Assembly (NCBI RefSeq): GCF_001194135.2
Contig: NC_068987.1
Location: forward strand, 92,845,604 to 92,909,603
Reading direction: 5' to 3'
From: Octopus bimaculoides
Taxonomy: Eukaryota
Length of the DNA: 64,000 nt
In this document: piece after piece, positions 39,870 to 52,831 of the stretch
Numbering within the stretch: the stretch's first letter is position 1
Layout: each line of letters begins with the position of its first letter
Translations under genes and position numbers: made by a program
The notes under the pieces: model-generated
Databases searched by the model: none
The model's input: the letters and a program-made list of their open reading frames with translations, nothing else
What the model was told of the DNA's origin: nothing

Positions 39870-40155
39870 TTTATGGATAGAGTCTTACAGCTGTTTCTGG
39901 GAAGATCCAGTACTTCCCTTCATCGGAGACAGAAAAAATAAAGTAATCTATTATTATATCCATAGGCGGATATTTTTAGTATGAAGTGGTAAAGAGTATG
40001 ATGTGCTGAAAAAAGAGAGAACAGTACTTGAAGTGTAGTTTCATTCCAGTGGTAAATATCCGTGTAGAAATCCGTGCAAAGTAATCCTTGTGTGAATAAT
40101 CCGGAAATTTACGTTGGAACGAAAGTTGATATAGCATAGATAGCAGAGGTATATA
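39870..40155 (-). mobile_element. Penelope-like pseudo-LTR-derived repeat
   Basis: Ends in a minimal hammerhead motif typical of Penelope pLTRs; the upstream extent is estimated. Confidence 0.5.
39882..39930 (-). ncRNA. Minimal type I hammerhead ribozyme motif (degenerate core)
   Basis: Minus strand: gtct-CCGATGA-a gggaag tactggat cttccc a-GAAAC agct GTA-agac; stem I 4 bp, stem II 6 bp, palindromic stem III; U4C and 10.1/11.1 A-A deviations. Confidence 0.7.
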
Positions 40156-40479
40156 TATTCCATATTGCGATGGATTGTTGCTTGTTTATATATATATATA
40201 TAAATGAATAACGAAGACGTGCAGGTGTTAATTCAATTCACCGTTTAAAAGCGACACCTTTAATTAATTAATGAAAGCAGTACATCGTATGAAAGACACT
40301 GTTCTGGTTTAGATGACCGCATAGATTACCAACATAAAGGATACAACCACTGCTTTAACATATTCACATCAATAATGGAACTCAAAATATTTACATTGTT
40401 TCTTTTGTCCCATCTCTGGCAGAATGAGTTTAGAAAGTAATGCATACATTGTCAATTGTAAATTATAGTTCTTCCCATC

Positions 40480-41040
40480 TATCACGTCTGATCTCTGACT
40501 CTTGACATTTTCCATGAGGTAGTTTCCCTCGACGATGTCATACTCACACTTCGAGTGGTCCTTGGCGATTGTCTCCCAGGTATTTGTGCCAGAGGAGCAG
40601 CGGAGAAAGTTGGATTGGGGCTGGTCTCGGAGTCGGAATTTGAGGCTCCGCATGGTCTGCCGTCTGAGGTCAAAATCTGCAAAGAGCAGTCAATGGAGTA
40701 GGATCGTTTGTGACACACGTATGATGTATCACGTGCATCGGAGGCGGTGCCGTACCCCAGTGGCTTTATTGTTCGGCAGTCCGACCAAGAGCAGACACTT
40801 TTCATCGAATTCTCATGATTGCATGATGTTTGTGTTGTGAGAAACGTCCGATTTTCTGCAAATCTCCTCGATAAAACACCCACTTCTCAGAGCTGTGGAG
40901 GAGGGTATAAAGAGCGACGGTTTGGAATACCATGATTTTTGTTTGGATGGTGACGTCGTGCTTTTTCTCGCTTCCAGAGATTCTGGACTTTATGGCGCTT
41001 ACATTGCCATAGATGCTTAATATCGCAGAAACAAATTTCA
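40480..41040 (-). mobile_element. RTE (BovB-like) LINE 3' portion
   Basis: TKIMVFQTVALYTLLHSSEKWVFYR..LQKIGRF, then frameshifted GRP and WE..A.D..W motifs. Confidence 0.85.
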
Positions 41041-41061
41041 CAAGCAAAATAATCCCATGCG

Positions 41062-42738
41062 AAAACATTCTACAGAGAAATAGGGAAGGAGAAAATAACC
41101 GTTGAAAAGCCCCCTACTATAGAAAAAGTTCAAAACTCTTGGAAAAATATCTGAAGTGATGAAAGGACTTACAATGAAAATGAAGACTGAGTTAGACACA
41201 CAGAAGAATCCTACCAAAACTTACTAGAACAAGCATGGGAAGACATCACAATAGCAAACTTAAGGCTGACTCTCGCGAAGGCTCATATGTGGAAAACTCC
41301 TGGTAATGATAAGTTGCCAAATTTCTGAGTCGCATCACATCCGCGCGCACAACGATAGTTCGACCAGCTATTCAATAACATTATGAGAATTCCTTCGAAA
41401 ACACTCGTTTGGTTAGCAAGAGGTATTGCGTACCTAATCCCGAAGCATAAATAAACCAAATTTCCCCAAAACTATCAACCCATAACATGTCTATCTACCA
41501 TGTATAACATTTTAACGTGGAGAAAGCACAAATATATGGAACAGAACAATATTTCCACACTGAACAAAAAAAGTTCCGATGAGACTCGTAATCAATCGCA
41601 TTATCCTTGAGAACAGTCATAACCAACGCAGAAATCTCAGTTCTGCATGGGTTCATTATAAGAAGGCTTTCGACTGCATATCGCATTTGTGCCTCTTGTA
41701 ATCGCTGGATATCTTCAAAATATCTCCTGTGATTTAAAACGTCCTGAAGCACCATATGCCAATACGAATCTCCAACCATACCAGATGCACACCCATCAGT
41801 GATAATGGAACTCAGGGCTAAAGGCAGAGAGTGAAGGATTTACCTTGCCTGCCCAAGATCAGATCTTTTTGACCCGGAACTATTAAGCCAATATGATGAA
41901 AAAAATGGAGTAGACCCAAAGTGCCGATTCTGCAACAATGGGATAGATAAAGTCGATCACCTAATCTCTGGATGTAACGTTTTAGCACCTGTAGAGTATG
42001 ATTCAAGACATGACAGATTTGGCCAATATCTACATTGGATAATGTGTCGGCATTATAAAATCAAAACTGCTGACAAATGGTACAAGAACCATCCTGAGGC
42101 TGTAACTGGGAGAGAAAATGTAACTATTCTTTTGGGACTTCCTAGTTTGTACAGACCGGACCATCAAAGCAAATAAACCAGATATTGTTATGAAAGACCA
42201 AAACAATAAAATATGTTTATTGATTGACTTGAGCATACCCTGTGACCATAAAATCTCGGTAAAAGAATTTGATAAGCTCAGAAAATATAAAGATTTCCTA
42301 ATCGAAATCGAAAAGATGTGGCATCTCAACACGGTTACAATACCAGTTACTGTAGTAGTATTTGGAATAATGAAAAAAAGTACATTAAAATTATTTAAGA
42401 ATGATCCCTGGTTTACCATTCATGCAGGAAGTGCAAAACATTGTCTTAACTGTTACGTCACACATGTTGAGAAGAACCTTGTCGCTGTGAGTTTTCTTTC
42501 TCTTTTCCCCTTTATTTTCCTTGTTTACTTTTTTATTTTCATTTTTTACATTTTTTCTCGTTGTCTTTCTACCCCTTTTTCTTTATCACACGATATTCTA
42601 CAATCTGGTGTGCTTGTTTTAATAGCCTACCAATGTATACAGTACGTTCCTCTGCCCTAGGTGTCAGGAAGACACTCGGCAAGAAATGGAAACGGAATTG
42701 AAAGAAAATTATAATGAAAATAATAATAATAATAATAA
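41062..42738 (+). mobile_element. R4/Dong-clade LINE with internal deletions; CCHC knuckle, RLE endonuclease, 3'UTR and (AAT)n tail
   Basis: KTFYREIG, WK.PGNDKLPNF, NYQPITCLSTMY, then CRFC...DHLISGC, RHDRFGQYLHW, ANKPDIVMKD...LLIDLSIP, KLRKYKD (PD-D RLE); tail aataataataat. Confidence 0.92.
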
Positions 42739-42739
42739 T

Positions 42740-43155
42740 GTCTGGTTGTTTGACCTTAACCAGTTGAGCATGTCACTTGGTGGCTGACAGTATGCGCATC
42801 TCTGATCATGAGCAGAAGTAGTGGGGAGAATCATAGCCATGTGTCGAGAGGAATTCTTTGGAGTTTGAATAATTCACCTTTGGAAACATGGGTGTTTTGC
42901 TCAACATCCTTAAACAAACCTTATTCAGGGACCTTTTGAGTGGGATGGGCTACTCGACCTGAAGAAAATTCTAACTAGGCCCCACCTGTTTATCTTGACA
43001 TGAGATCACCATATCGCGCACATATGGTTGTGATGCATGTGCCTGGTGTACCCTTATCAGATGGGCGGTCATGATGGGTATAATGGGCTTCGTATATTTT
43101 ACCCCAGCGTCACTTTGATGGCATGAACTGCTCTCTCGCTCAATAATAAATAATA
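42740..43155 (+). mobile_element. Non-coding dispersed repeat ending in an AAT tail (LINE 3'UTR-like or SINE)
   Basis: GC-richer block ending 'ctctctcgctcaataataaataata'; recognised from memory as an abundant octopus repeat; no second copy in this window. Confidence 0.5.
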
Positions 43156-44688
43156 AGAAATAGCAAGGAGTCTTGCACATCCACAAAATTTACTTTATAG
43201 TTGTATACAGCAAATAATACTGACCTACAGGTATCTCCACTGCTCCCTTTTCCAAAAGCAACATTGTAATATTGTTGGTGAAGACTCATCAGGATCCGTC
43301 CATTTGGTCCTTTGCGGTTAGCGGTTAACTTCAAATTGACTGAGAGCTTATGCGTTATCCACCCAGGAAATATATCCCTATAAATTCACTGTAATACACA
43401 CACACACACACACACGAATTACAGTGAATTATAAGAACTAGAAAAAATATGCTATTTGTTTGGTGGTTAAATTCAATCACTCCTAGTAATTATTTGTTAT
43501 TTTCTTATAGTCTTTACAAAAGCAGGTTCCACATTTTGGGTCTCGAAGACGCAATATAAGTGGGCAACATAACACGGAATATTTTAATCTGCGGTCGTTT
43601 GTTTATTTATCCGATTTATAAAACAGACAAACATTGATAATATCGTTGTAGATTTGATGGATTGAATCCATCACAGAGGTGACAAGGAAGTCATTTTGCA
43701 TAAAGGGATTTTAGTGTTCTGTCGTTGTTTCACCTACGCATGGATGTCACAAACGTATCTGCAAATAGCCATAACGTTCATAGACATATGAGGTAAAGGA
43801 AACACCGGGAAAGAAAAGTTATCTGAAAGTAGAAAATGCAAGTAAATGCCAAGAACATGCCGAAATAATATAAATATGCGCGTAAAAGAAATCCAAAACT
43901 GTCTTCTCCTTGCAACTATATGCATCTATCATATAGCATTCCCACTAGAAGCCAAAGAATAAATGTGTTGCTGACATTCAGAAAATTCTAAATATTAACC
44001 AAAGACGCAGGAGTGGAAAAAAAAATAACTTGAAAACAATACGAAATTTATACGAGAGAAAACCAAAGAACAGTGGAAATTACTTATCACAGTAAGGCTT
44101 CTGACATGCTATATCTGAGAAATGAGGAACCTTATAAAAGAAAAATTTCCTTATCCTAAAGGTGCTACTTCTATATACTAGTCAGAATTGTACAATCGTA
44201 CAGGCAACCCCCACACACAGACACGCACACAGTATATATACGTCTATGCCAAAATGTTCACCTTTTGGGGGCAACTATATAACGTTAATTAAGTATAAAA
44301 CTATCCCACTATATAACGTACACCGCCATCGTTATTTACATAACACTACGTGTATGTTCATAAATATAATACTCTGACTTTAGAGCCTTTTATATTTTGT
44401 AGCGCATTAAAGTATTTAATGCAGTTAGATTACTATATATCCATTATATATACGTAAGTTATGTACAGACGACATTCACGCAAACACATACATGTGCGCT
44501 TATATATATATATATATATGCTCATATAATGATATCTACCAAATACATTGGTAAGATAAAACATGTAATCGTTACCAAAATAGCAAAAATATGTCCACAG
44601 AGGTCTATAGTAAATTCCTTATGAATCTATCTCCTTGGTTAAACTTTAATATGTATGGATACTAGCGTCAAAGATCTTATCTAAATTT

Positions 44689-44727
<39 letters not shown>

Positions 44728-45677
44728 CATACGCGTAAGTACTTGTTCGTACATACACTCTTACATACATACACACACACATATGCGTATATACTTACAG
44801 AATATCGACATCTTTGAAAGTCCTAAGGTTATATAAGTCATCAACTAAACCATTTACCAATAGTAGTAACAAATCTCAACCCACCATAAGACACGCCACA
44901 AAAAAAAAAAAAAAATTCGAATATTTTGATAAATGAATGAATTAATTTTTATTCATTGATCATTTTCGTATGAGTTGTCGATTCTCTGCAGTTTTCCATT
45001 TTTTTTAAAAATCCAATTTTCTTGCGTTTAGATTTCGCAAGCATTTTTGTGTTGTAAAATATATAGTTGCAATCAATATTGCTGGTTTGTAATTATGAAA
45101 ATTGTCTGGATATGTCTGAAGCTGAGTGTATGTCTCATCCAGTTTACTCTGGTTGAGGCAAAAATCTTTAATCCAAACACTGAAGAAAATCAATCTCAAA
45201 AGATCTTATTTCAACATGTATGATCTTTTATAGCTATATCTGATGTCAGAAGAATATTTTCGATCATCATAGCCAGGACTGTGTAACGAACATATCGAAA
45301 TGGATCGCTGCTTTACACGCAGTTTCATTTTCTTTTTTCTCTCTCTTTCTCTTCCACTCTCTCATTCCCTTTTTCTCTCTCCTTCCCTCTCTCTCTCTCG
45401 TTCTCTCTTATTCACGTTTTATTGTAGATGGCGCCCCTGATAGTGTAACAGAATAAATCTTATGAATACATTTCTTATGAATACATTTCTTATGTCCTGA
45501 AACCAATTAGATGTGAAAACATTTAAATGTCAGCGCTTCTAAACCTTTGAAAGTCCGTCTTATCAATTATTATAACGCTAATTAATATCATTGCTGCAAT
45601 CAACAATAAGAGAGTAGCATCCCAACTCTGCTTGATTTTGGACTTATCTATTGATAACTTACAATATCTGTAATATC

Positions 45678-45863
45678 GGTTTCACATTTTGACACAATCC
45701 AGCAAATTTCATGGTGTTATTCGATTGCTCAGATTCGGCCTATTTTATCAACCCCGAAAGACGAAAGGCGATATTGACTCCAACGGAATGCGAATTCAGA
45801 ATGTAAATACCAACGATATTCACCTAAGCATTTTGCCCAGCATGTTGACGGTCCCGCTAGCTC
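45678..45863 (-). mobile_element. Diverged SINE family A copy
   Basis: 'ttttatcaaccccgaaagacgaaaggc...gaattcagaatgtaaa...ctaagcattttgcccagc'. Confidence 0.8.
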
Positions 45864-46149
45864 ACAGTCTTAAATATTTGTATTGGTTGAAAGTACCGTT
45901 CAATTGTTGATTATTATTATTTTTTTAAAGTAACTTAAAGGCAAAGGGATGTCAGATGCCAAAGTGCAAATGACAGCTATTGACATCTGTCGGAGTCATA
46001 ATGGTCGTTGTCAAGATTTTGAAACTTCTTTAAGAAATCCTGATTGGATGATTATTGAAATTAGCGAAAAAAAATGTTCGTTAATATTGCTTCTGGTCCG
46101 GTGTTCATGATTACGTTACCTTTGACCTTCTACCAGCTGTTGAAGAAAA

Positions 46150-46550
46150 CGGTACTGTTTTATTTGTAGCATGGGTATACTAAATATATCAATGATCTTG
46201 CTGCGATTTGTTCTGGTATTGTCTTCCTTTTCAACATTCTTGATGAGTCCTGCTCAACATACATGCAATGAAAGCTTCAAAATCATAATTATATTGTCTT
46301 TTCCATATTAGTTGAAAAAATAATCAAGAATTATATTTTCCAATGTGCATTGCTGTTTCCTATAAGGAGCACAATGTTTGAGCTTAGTGCAAATTGGCTG
46401 TTATTTCTAGTGGGTAATACAAATGCTTTGATGAGAGGTTTTATGAAGATATATATTTTTTTATTCTGGGTTTTATATATTGGATTATCAATGATTTTTG
46501 ATAAGCGATTCATATTTTTTAATATTTCCTGCACGCTAATTTTGCATAAC
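46150..46550 (-). mobile_element. Decayed APE endonuclease remnant of a LINE
   Basis: Minus ORF 46331-46534 has IVLLIGNSNAHW (GDFNAH-like); IDIFS downstream. Confidence 0.35.
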
Positions 46551-46901
46551 TTTGTTGGTTGTGCTGATTGGCGATCGTATTTACTTTAGTTCTGTTATTG
46601 ATATTCTTGATTTTCAATGTTTTTGTTGATGTTCATGTCAATATGTGTTAATGTTTTTAAAGGGATGTTGCAGATTACAAATTTCATAAGAGGTTGATAA
46701 TAGTTGAGCTTATCATTGCAGGATTTCTGTCCGTTTTAGTAATGGAAGCGGTGAATTTATTCTCATTGCAACTGTCATCTTCAATATCACATAAAAATTA
46801 AACATTAATCAATTTAAGTATCCCTCACGGCTACACATAGAAACATTTCACTATCTTTTAAGATACCAGTGATCGAAATATATATTACTTTTTCTAACTT
46901 C

Positions 46902-46902
<1 letters not shown>

Positions 46903-46951
<49 letters not shown>

Positions 46952-46960
46952 AAGTAGTAG
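46903..46960. repeat. (TAG)n microsatellite
   Basis: Directly visible. Confidence 0.95.
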
Positions 46961-46989
46961 AAGTAAAGAAAAATAAGAACATGTACAAA

Positions 46990-47825
46990 CTTCGACTGCT
47001 TAGAAGAGCAAAAGTGGGAGGATATCAAGGTAGAGGATGTAAGAATGGCTCTCGGGACGTCAAAGAAATGGAAGTCTCAAAGAAAGGATAAAATTCCTAA
47101 CTTCTAGTTGAATACCTTCCCAGAGAGCCATGAACTGTTAACAAAACTTTACAACAATGTTTTGCAACATCCTAGTATGATTCCATCTTGGCTAGTTAAT
47201 GGTGTAACATTCCTACTTCCAAAAAATAATGAAACAAATGAACCCAAAATTTATAAACCCATAACCTGCTTAACAACAATGTATAAAATGCTAACATCTT
47301 TATTAACTGAATATACCTATATTTTTTTTTAAAATAAAAAGTGGTATATTCTCTAATGAGCGAAAAGGATGTAAACGTGGGTCCTATAGTTGTAAAGATC
47401 AGCTACTCACCAATAAGATGATCTTGGCACAGAAAAGTTGTCGATAGCCTGGATAGACTATAAAAAAGCTTTTGATAGCCTACCACATAGCTGGATTAAG
47501 AAATGTCTGGAAATGTATAAAATAGCATCTACAACATTTTTGTTTTTAAGTATGAGATCATGGAGAGCGATATCTTTGAACAGTGACAGTGAATCACTTA
47601 ATGCTGGAGATTTAAGAATTTTATGTGGAATTTTCCAGGGTGAATCTCGATCACCACTCCTCTTTTGTCTAGTCTTAATACCTCTCTCGAAACTGCTCAA
47701 TGATGTAAAATAAGGTTATAAAATGTTTGATAAAAATATAAATCACCTGATTTGCATGGAGGATTTAAATCTCTTTGCAAAAAATGGAGCAACAACTGCA
47801 GGGCTTGCTAGCGATTGTTATCTGT
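46990..47825 (+). mobile_element. R4/Dong-clade LINE reverse transcriptase fragment
   Basis: WKS..KDKIPNF, PSWLVNGVTFLLPK, YKPITCLTTMYKMLTS, CKDQLL.NKMIL, SIAWIDYKKAFDSLPHSWI, GIFQGESRSPLLFCL, MEDLNLFAKN (MDDLK motif mutated). Confidence 0.92.
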
Positions 47826-47857
47826 CAAGAAAAGAGGATGGCCGTGAGCTTTTACAC

Positions 47858-48097
47858 CTACCTACCTGAAAAACCACTAATTTGAGCACCATTTTCAACT
47901 ACCGGGCTTCTCAGGTAGTAACACTCCATAACCACAGCATTAATGTGCTTGCTCCATCTACGCTGTGTGTGGTGGCCCCTTTCTGGATATCGACAGGCTG
48001 GAGCCGGACCAGAATCTCTGAGCCTACCGGGTGTAACACTGTCACCATCATTGGCTTCAGTTTCATTATTCACAATATTTTGTTTCTTCATTGTCAC
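47858..48097 (-). mobile_element. N-terminal ORF segment of an R4/Dong LINE
   Basis: RRWSKHINAVVMECYYLRSP..G..ISG matches the R-KW----N--VMECYY-S-P N-terminal motif recalled for Dong-type ORFs. Confidence 0.65.
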
Positions 48098-48741
48098 TCA
48101 CATGAGGTAGCGATTATCAGGTTGCGCAATTACCAGTATTTTGTATTATGACACCAGCACTAGATGTATCATTAATCAACCCATGAGGAGGAGGTGGAGG
48201 AGGAGGAGGAGGTTCCACCCGTTTCCTTTCATTATTGTTACTATTATTATTATTATTATTATTATTATTATCATCACTGATATCATTGATGATATTATTG
48301 TTTTTATGTGTAGTAGCAGCAGCAACAACGCAACTGTAACAGGGGTGGGGTATTGGTAAAGGTTGTAGTTGAGCCTCAGATTCCTGTGCTATCATAATAG
48401 TAGTAGTTATAGTATTATTGTAGCGTTAGTAGTATTTAGCATTAGCAGCTGCAGCATATTATTATTACTTTTATTTTTATCATTATCAGCATCACCACCA
48501 CTACCATTGTTTGGCGCACTAGTTGAGCAGCAGTTTGGTGAATAGATCATTGCTACAGGACTATAAATAGATTTGGCAGATGGTGGGGAAGTCAACCATA
48601 GACACAAAGAATCTTCGCACCTTTGGGTCGGTTAGAGGTCAAATGTGTTTGACCTCTAACCGAATGACCAGAGAGCGCTGCCTTGAAAACAAGCAATTCA
48701 GCCTGTTTTATTTGTAATTACTGGTAGAAAATACAATAATG

Positions 48742-48774
<33 letters not shown>

Positions 48775-48879
48775 TATATANNNNNNNNNNNNNNNNNNNN
48801 NNNNNNNNNNNNNNNNNNNNNNNNNNNNNNNNNNNNNNNNNNNNNNNNNNNNNNNNNNNNNNNNNNNNNNNNNNNNNNN

Positions 48880-48945
<66 letters not shown>

Positions 48946-49529
48946 GATGCAGTGGTAGTAGTAGTAGGATGAGGAGGAGGGAAGTTGGATAGCGATCCAT
49001 TGGTGGAACCAAACATAGAAAGCATATCAAAACAAAATGCCATCTAAGCTTCCAAACCCTCAAACGTCTAAAATATTCTAAATATATCCGCAAGAAAATG
49101 TACAAAATTTCTTTTCGTGCAGCTATGGAGTGAGATGGCTTAAAAGAAATCGAATTGTAGAGTGCCTGCTGTGGAGGAAATGAAGGCAAATCTCCACAAA
49201 CCACATTATTGGAGACTCTTAATTATCGAAAGATCCAGGGTTTATATAACAATAGTTATTATCTCATCTTCGAATATCACGTGATAGATTTCTCAACTCA
49301 GAACGTAAAATTATGTCACGAAATACTGCCCTAGGAATTATCGCACACACACCATTATATCAATAATTTCTTCTGATATAAACAAAGGGCATCGAATGTG
49401 AGGATTTATATCGACACCAGAATTCAACCGGTACACTACTTTATAGAACCGACAGGTATCATAACAAACGTTTTCACCGGCGGGTTTTCAACGAGGTGTC
49501 TAAAGTTTAGTTCCACGCTCAAGATTCCT

Positions 49530-49660
49530 GAAGCAACAAGAGCGTTGATCGTGGTTTCAATTCTTAGACCAGGTCATGCGTTGTGTCTATGAGCAAAACA
49601 TTTCATGTTACGATGTTCTACGATCACTTCGGCGCGTGGTAAACGGTGCACCTGCTTTGG
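49530..49660 (+). mobile_element. Old CORE-like SINE fragment
   Basis: 'gtggtttcaattc' B-box-like, then 'gcgttgtgtctatgagcaaaacatttca'. Confidence 0.45.
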
Positions 49661-49879
49661 TAAAATGACAAGTACCGCTGTAATATAAGCGTGTTGGACT
49701 TAAATATATTCCTCACGTGTCCATTTATGCTTTTTTGATTTTATTTACAGGACGTGAGGAATAACGTCCGGCCCTTTATTTTGACGGTCATCATTTTTGT
49801 AGGGTACCGGTACGTTAATTTCTGGTGTTAAATGATTTTGCACGTGTAGTTTTTGGGCTTTGCATACATTTACTGTGAC

Positions 49880-50855
49880 TGGCAACATTATGAGAGAATT
49901 CATAGTTTTGTGAGCCTACGAGCGGTGAATTTGCTGCGAAAAAACCCGAGCAAGGGGAATTGTTTTGACAAATTCAGTCCCATAACTCTAGTGAATGCAG
50001 AGTTCAAACTTTTGGCCAATATATTAGCTACGAGGTTGATGCTTCTCGTTGGGGAGCTAGTAGAGGAGGCACAGATATGTGCCATCTCAAAAAATCCATC
50101 CACGACAACCTCCACCTCATGTGATACATCATTGAAAAAGTGGCTAAAGAAACTGTCACGGGGTCACTTTAGATCAGCCTAAAGCTTTCGATAGGTTCGC
50201 CCATCTATATCTGGCGGTAGTCTTCAAGGTAGCTGGTTTTGGGCCTGAATTCAGAGGCCGGATCACTGCAATGCACCGCAACATCTGTTTAGTGGTGAGA
50301 GTGAACAGCCACTTCTCAGAGCCGTTAAACATTATGTGCTCGGTCCGGCATGGTCGTCACCTCTCGTCCCTCTTGTACGTACTGACTCTCGAGCCACTAC
50401 TGCACAAACAGGAAGCGGTAAGTTGCATCCCGCGAGACCTAGGACGTGAGAGATGCGTGTCAACATATGCCAAAAACGTCGCCGTATTGGTGTCAAATCA
50501 TAAAGATATGGAAATGATTGGCACCGTTCTTGGGGACTACGAGACAGTTTCAGGAGCGACAATTAACCAGGAAAATCAGTGTGCTATAGGCTCTGCATCT
50601 GGAGAAGCAAATCCATGCCGTCCAACTGCGTCGTTAGGCGCTGGACGAAGGGACCAATTAAATTGCTCAGTGTTTGGTTCGGTCCGGACCTCCAAGTGAA
50701 TAAAAACTGGGACGAAGCAACGTGTAGGATAATTACTCTCACCCAGAAATGGGCAGAGAGAAAGCTGTACTTGAAAGGTTGTGCACAGGTAGCTGACGCG
50801 TATATCGCGCCCGTCATCAATTATCGCTTGACCGTCGTGTCTTGTCGGGCGCTAC
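49880..50855 (+). mobile_element. Tx1/L1-clade LINE RT remnant (copy A)
   Basis: FSPITLVNAEFKLLANILATRL, IHDNLHLM, KAFDR, VRVNSHFSEP, SVRHGRHLSSLLYVLTLEPLL, SGATIN, KLLSVWFG. Confidence 0.9.
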
Positions 50856-52300
50856 CGATGTAGAGACAATCAGCACCATTCTAAAGAAATACGAAACGGA
50901 TGCAGGGGCCAAGACCAACATCGACAAGTCAGAGTATTGCAACTGGACTCCTGGAGAGTCAACTCAATGCCATCGAACTGCGTCGTGGGACGTTGGTCTG
51001 ACGGATAAGTTAAACAGCTTGGGGTCTGGTTCTGTACCGACCTCCAGATGGATAAGAACTGGGACAAGGTCAAGATCAGTGTACCCAGTCTTATCTAGAA
51101 ATGGGCAGAGGTGACCTGAAACGTCGAGTAGAAATTTCGAATGCCTACATTGCTTCCATTATCATTTATCGCTGACTGTCATGCCCTTCCTGGGTTACTG
51201 ATTGACCAGGCTGGAGCGTCCTTTATTTGGATGTTTTAGAAGGAACGCTTTCCAATGGTCAGTCTGCTACGAGCGGATAGCGATGCCGTGGAATTTGCTG
51301 CGATGACACGCACTCAGGTCGTGCCATCTGCGATGATTTCTGAACGGTGAGCCTGTATGGGTTCCGTTTGTGAGGCACGTCTTTCTGCAACTCGTTGCCT
51401 TGACGGAGTTGCAGTACTTGGTGAAGAAAAGTCTGAGGTTGGGCACCTGGCACCTAGAATGTCTTCAGGCTCTCACAGTCATCACCATTCGGGCAACGGG
51501 ACAGTGGAAGTTCAACTTTAGAAATATATAGAGGATTAGTGGCGGAGAAGTGCGACGACGTACTCGGAAAGGTCTGGACGTAGACGAAAATGAATTAACT
51601 AGTCTGTTTCGGATGGGGTTTCTGGTCACGGATCACCATGGATAATTCTTAGATGTCATCGGCCCGGCAGTGCTGCCGAAGATTGCTTCCAGTTCGAGAT
51701 AAACTCTACAAGCACGGGCTTGCATAGCAACGATCCCGTTCTGCATGCATTCGTTCACTGTCCGGGCATTACTGATCTGTGGGGTTGTGTCGAACTGCTG
51801 CTGTCGGGTGTGAGACGGATCCGTCTGTCGGCCGAATCCACAGTGAAGATTATCCCACCGATTTCTTTTAATCGAGCAAGTAAGGCAGTTTTGTTTTGCT
51901 TGGTGACAGTGCAGAAAGAGGTGTCTGGTGGACGAGATTGAAAGGCAAGAGGGCAGAGAGTTGCTTCTTTTGTAGAGCCCTCAGCAACTCCATCAAGTTT
52001 CGCTTGAAAACGACTGTAAGGGTGGAGAGGGATGTACTGCCTTCAAGTGAATTTATGTAAATACGGCATGGGTGGATTGTACCACTCAAAATATACACAT
52101 GTGAGTTGGGAAAACGAATTGGAGAGGGCACCTACTGTTCGTTTCAAGAAGATCTTGGACGGTGGGTTTTCTTGATTATCCGTAGAGATCCTACTGTGTC
52201 AGGAGAGGCGTATCACTTCTCTTCTGTTTTTTGTTTTATTTTTAGTATTGTATACTATGTATTCTTCCCTTCTCTATCTTATTGTGTGCTGTGTATACTT
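50856..52300 (+). mobile_element. Tx1/L1-clade LINE RT C-terminus to 3' end (copy B)
   Basis: Restarts at VETISTILKKYETDAGAKTNIDKS, repeats PSNCVV.RW and DLQ..KNWD motifs seen in copy A, later HAFVHCP knuckle remnant; T-rich 3' region. Confidence 0.8.
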
Positions 52301-52775
52301 TCTATACATTTAGAGTTATAAAAGCTTGGCAAGATAACACATATCGAACCTTCTCTCTCGAGCTTTGCTTCAGCAAGCACTGCTGCTCTGTTAAGGAACC
52401 ATCCTTTGGAAACACGCAACCGCGAAATGGTGACCAGAGCTAAATTTAATGAAGGAATCACTGGAAGCGTGACGCTTCTGCAACCTCAGTCCTAGCAATC
52501 TCATTCCTCCGTGTTTACAGTTTTATTTTAAAATTAATTTTATTTTTTAAATACCCAAATTTGATTATAGGTTCCAAACATAAAGATTGGATACTCCTTG
52601 TGAAATAACTCAACGGACGAAAGGTTATGAAATTTTTTTCCAATAGTTAGAAATGTTACTGCGTCTCCAAAATATTAATTTTTTAGGATGGGCAACAAAA
52701 TGAAAAAAAAAATCAGCTGCATCGGTGCCATTAAACTGCTGAAGCCGAACGCTGACCGCTGTTACTGAACTTGTT

Positions 52776-52831
<56 letters not shown>

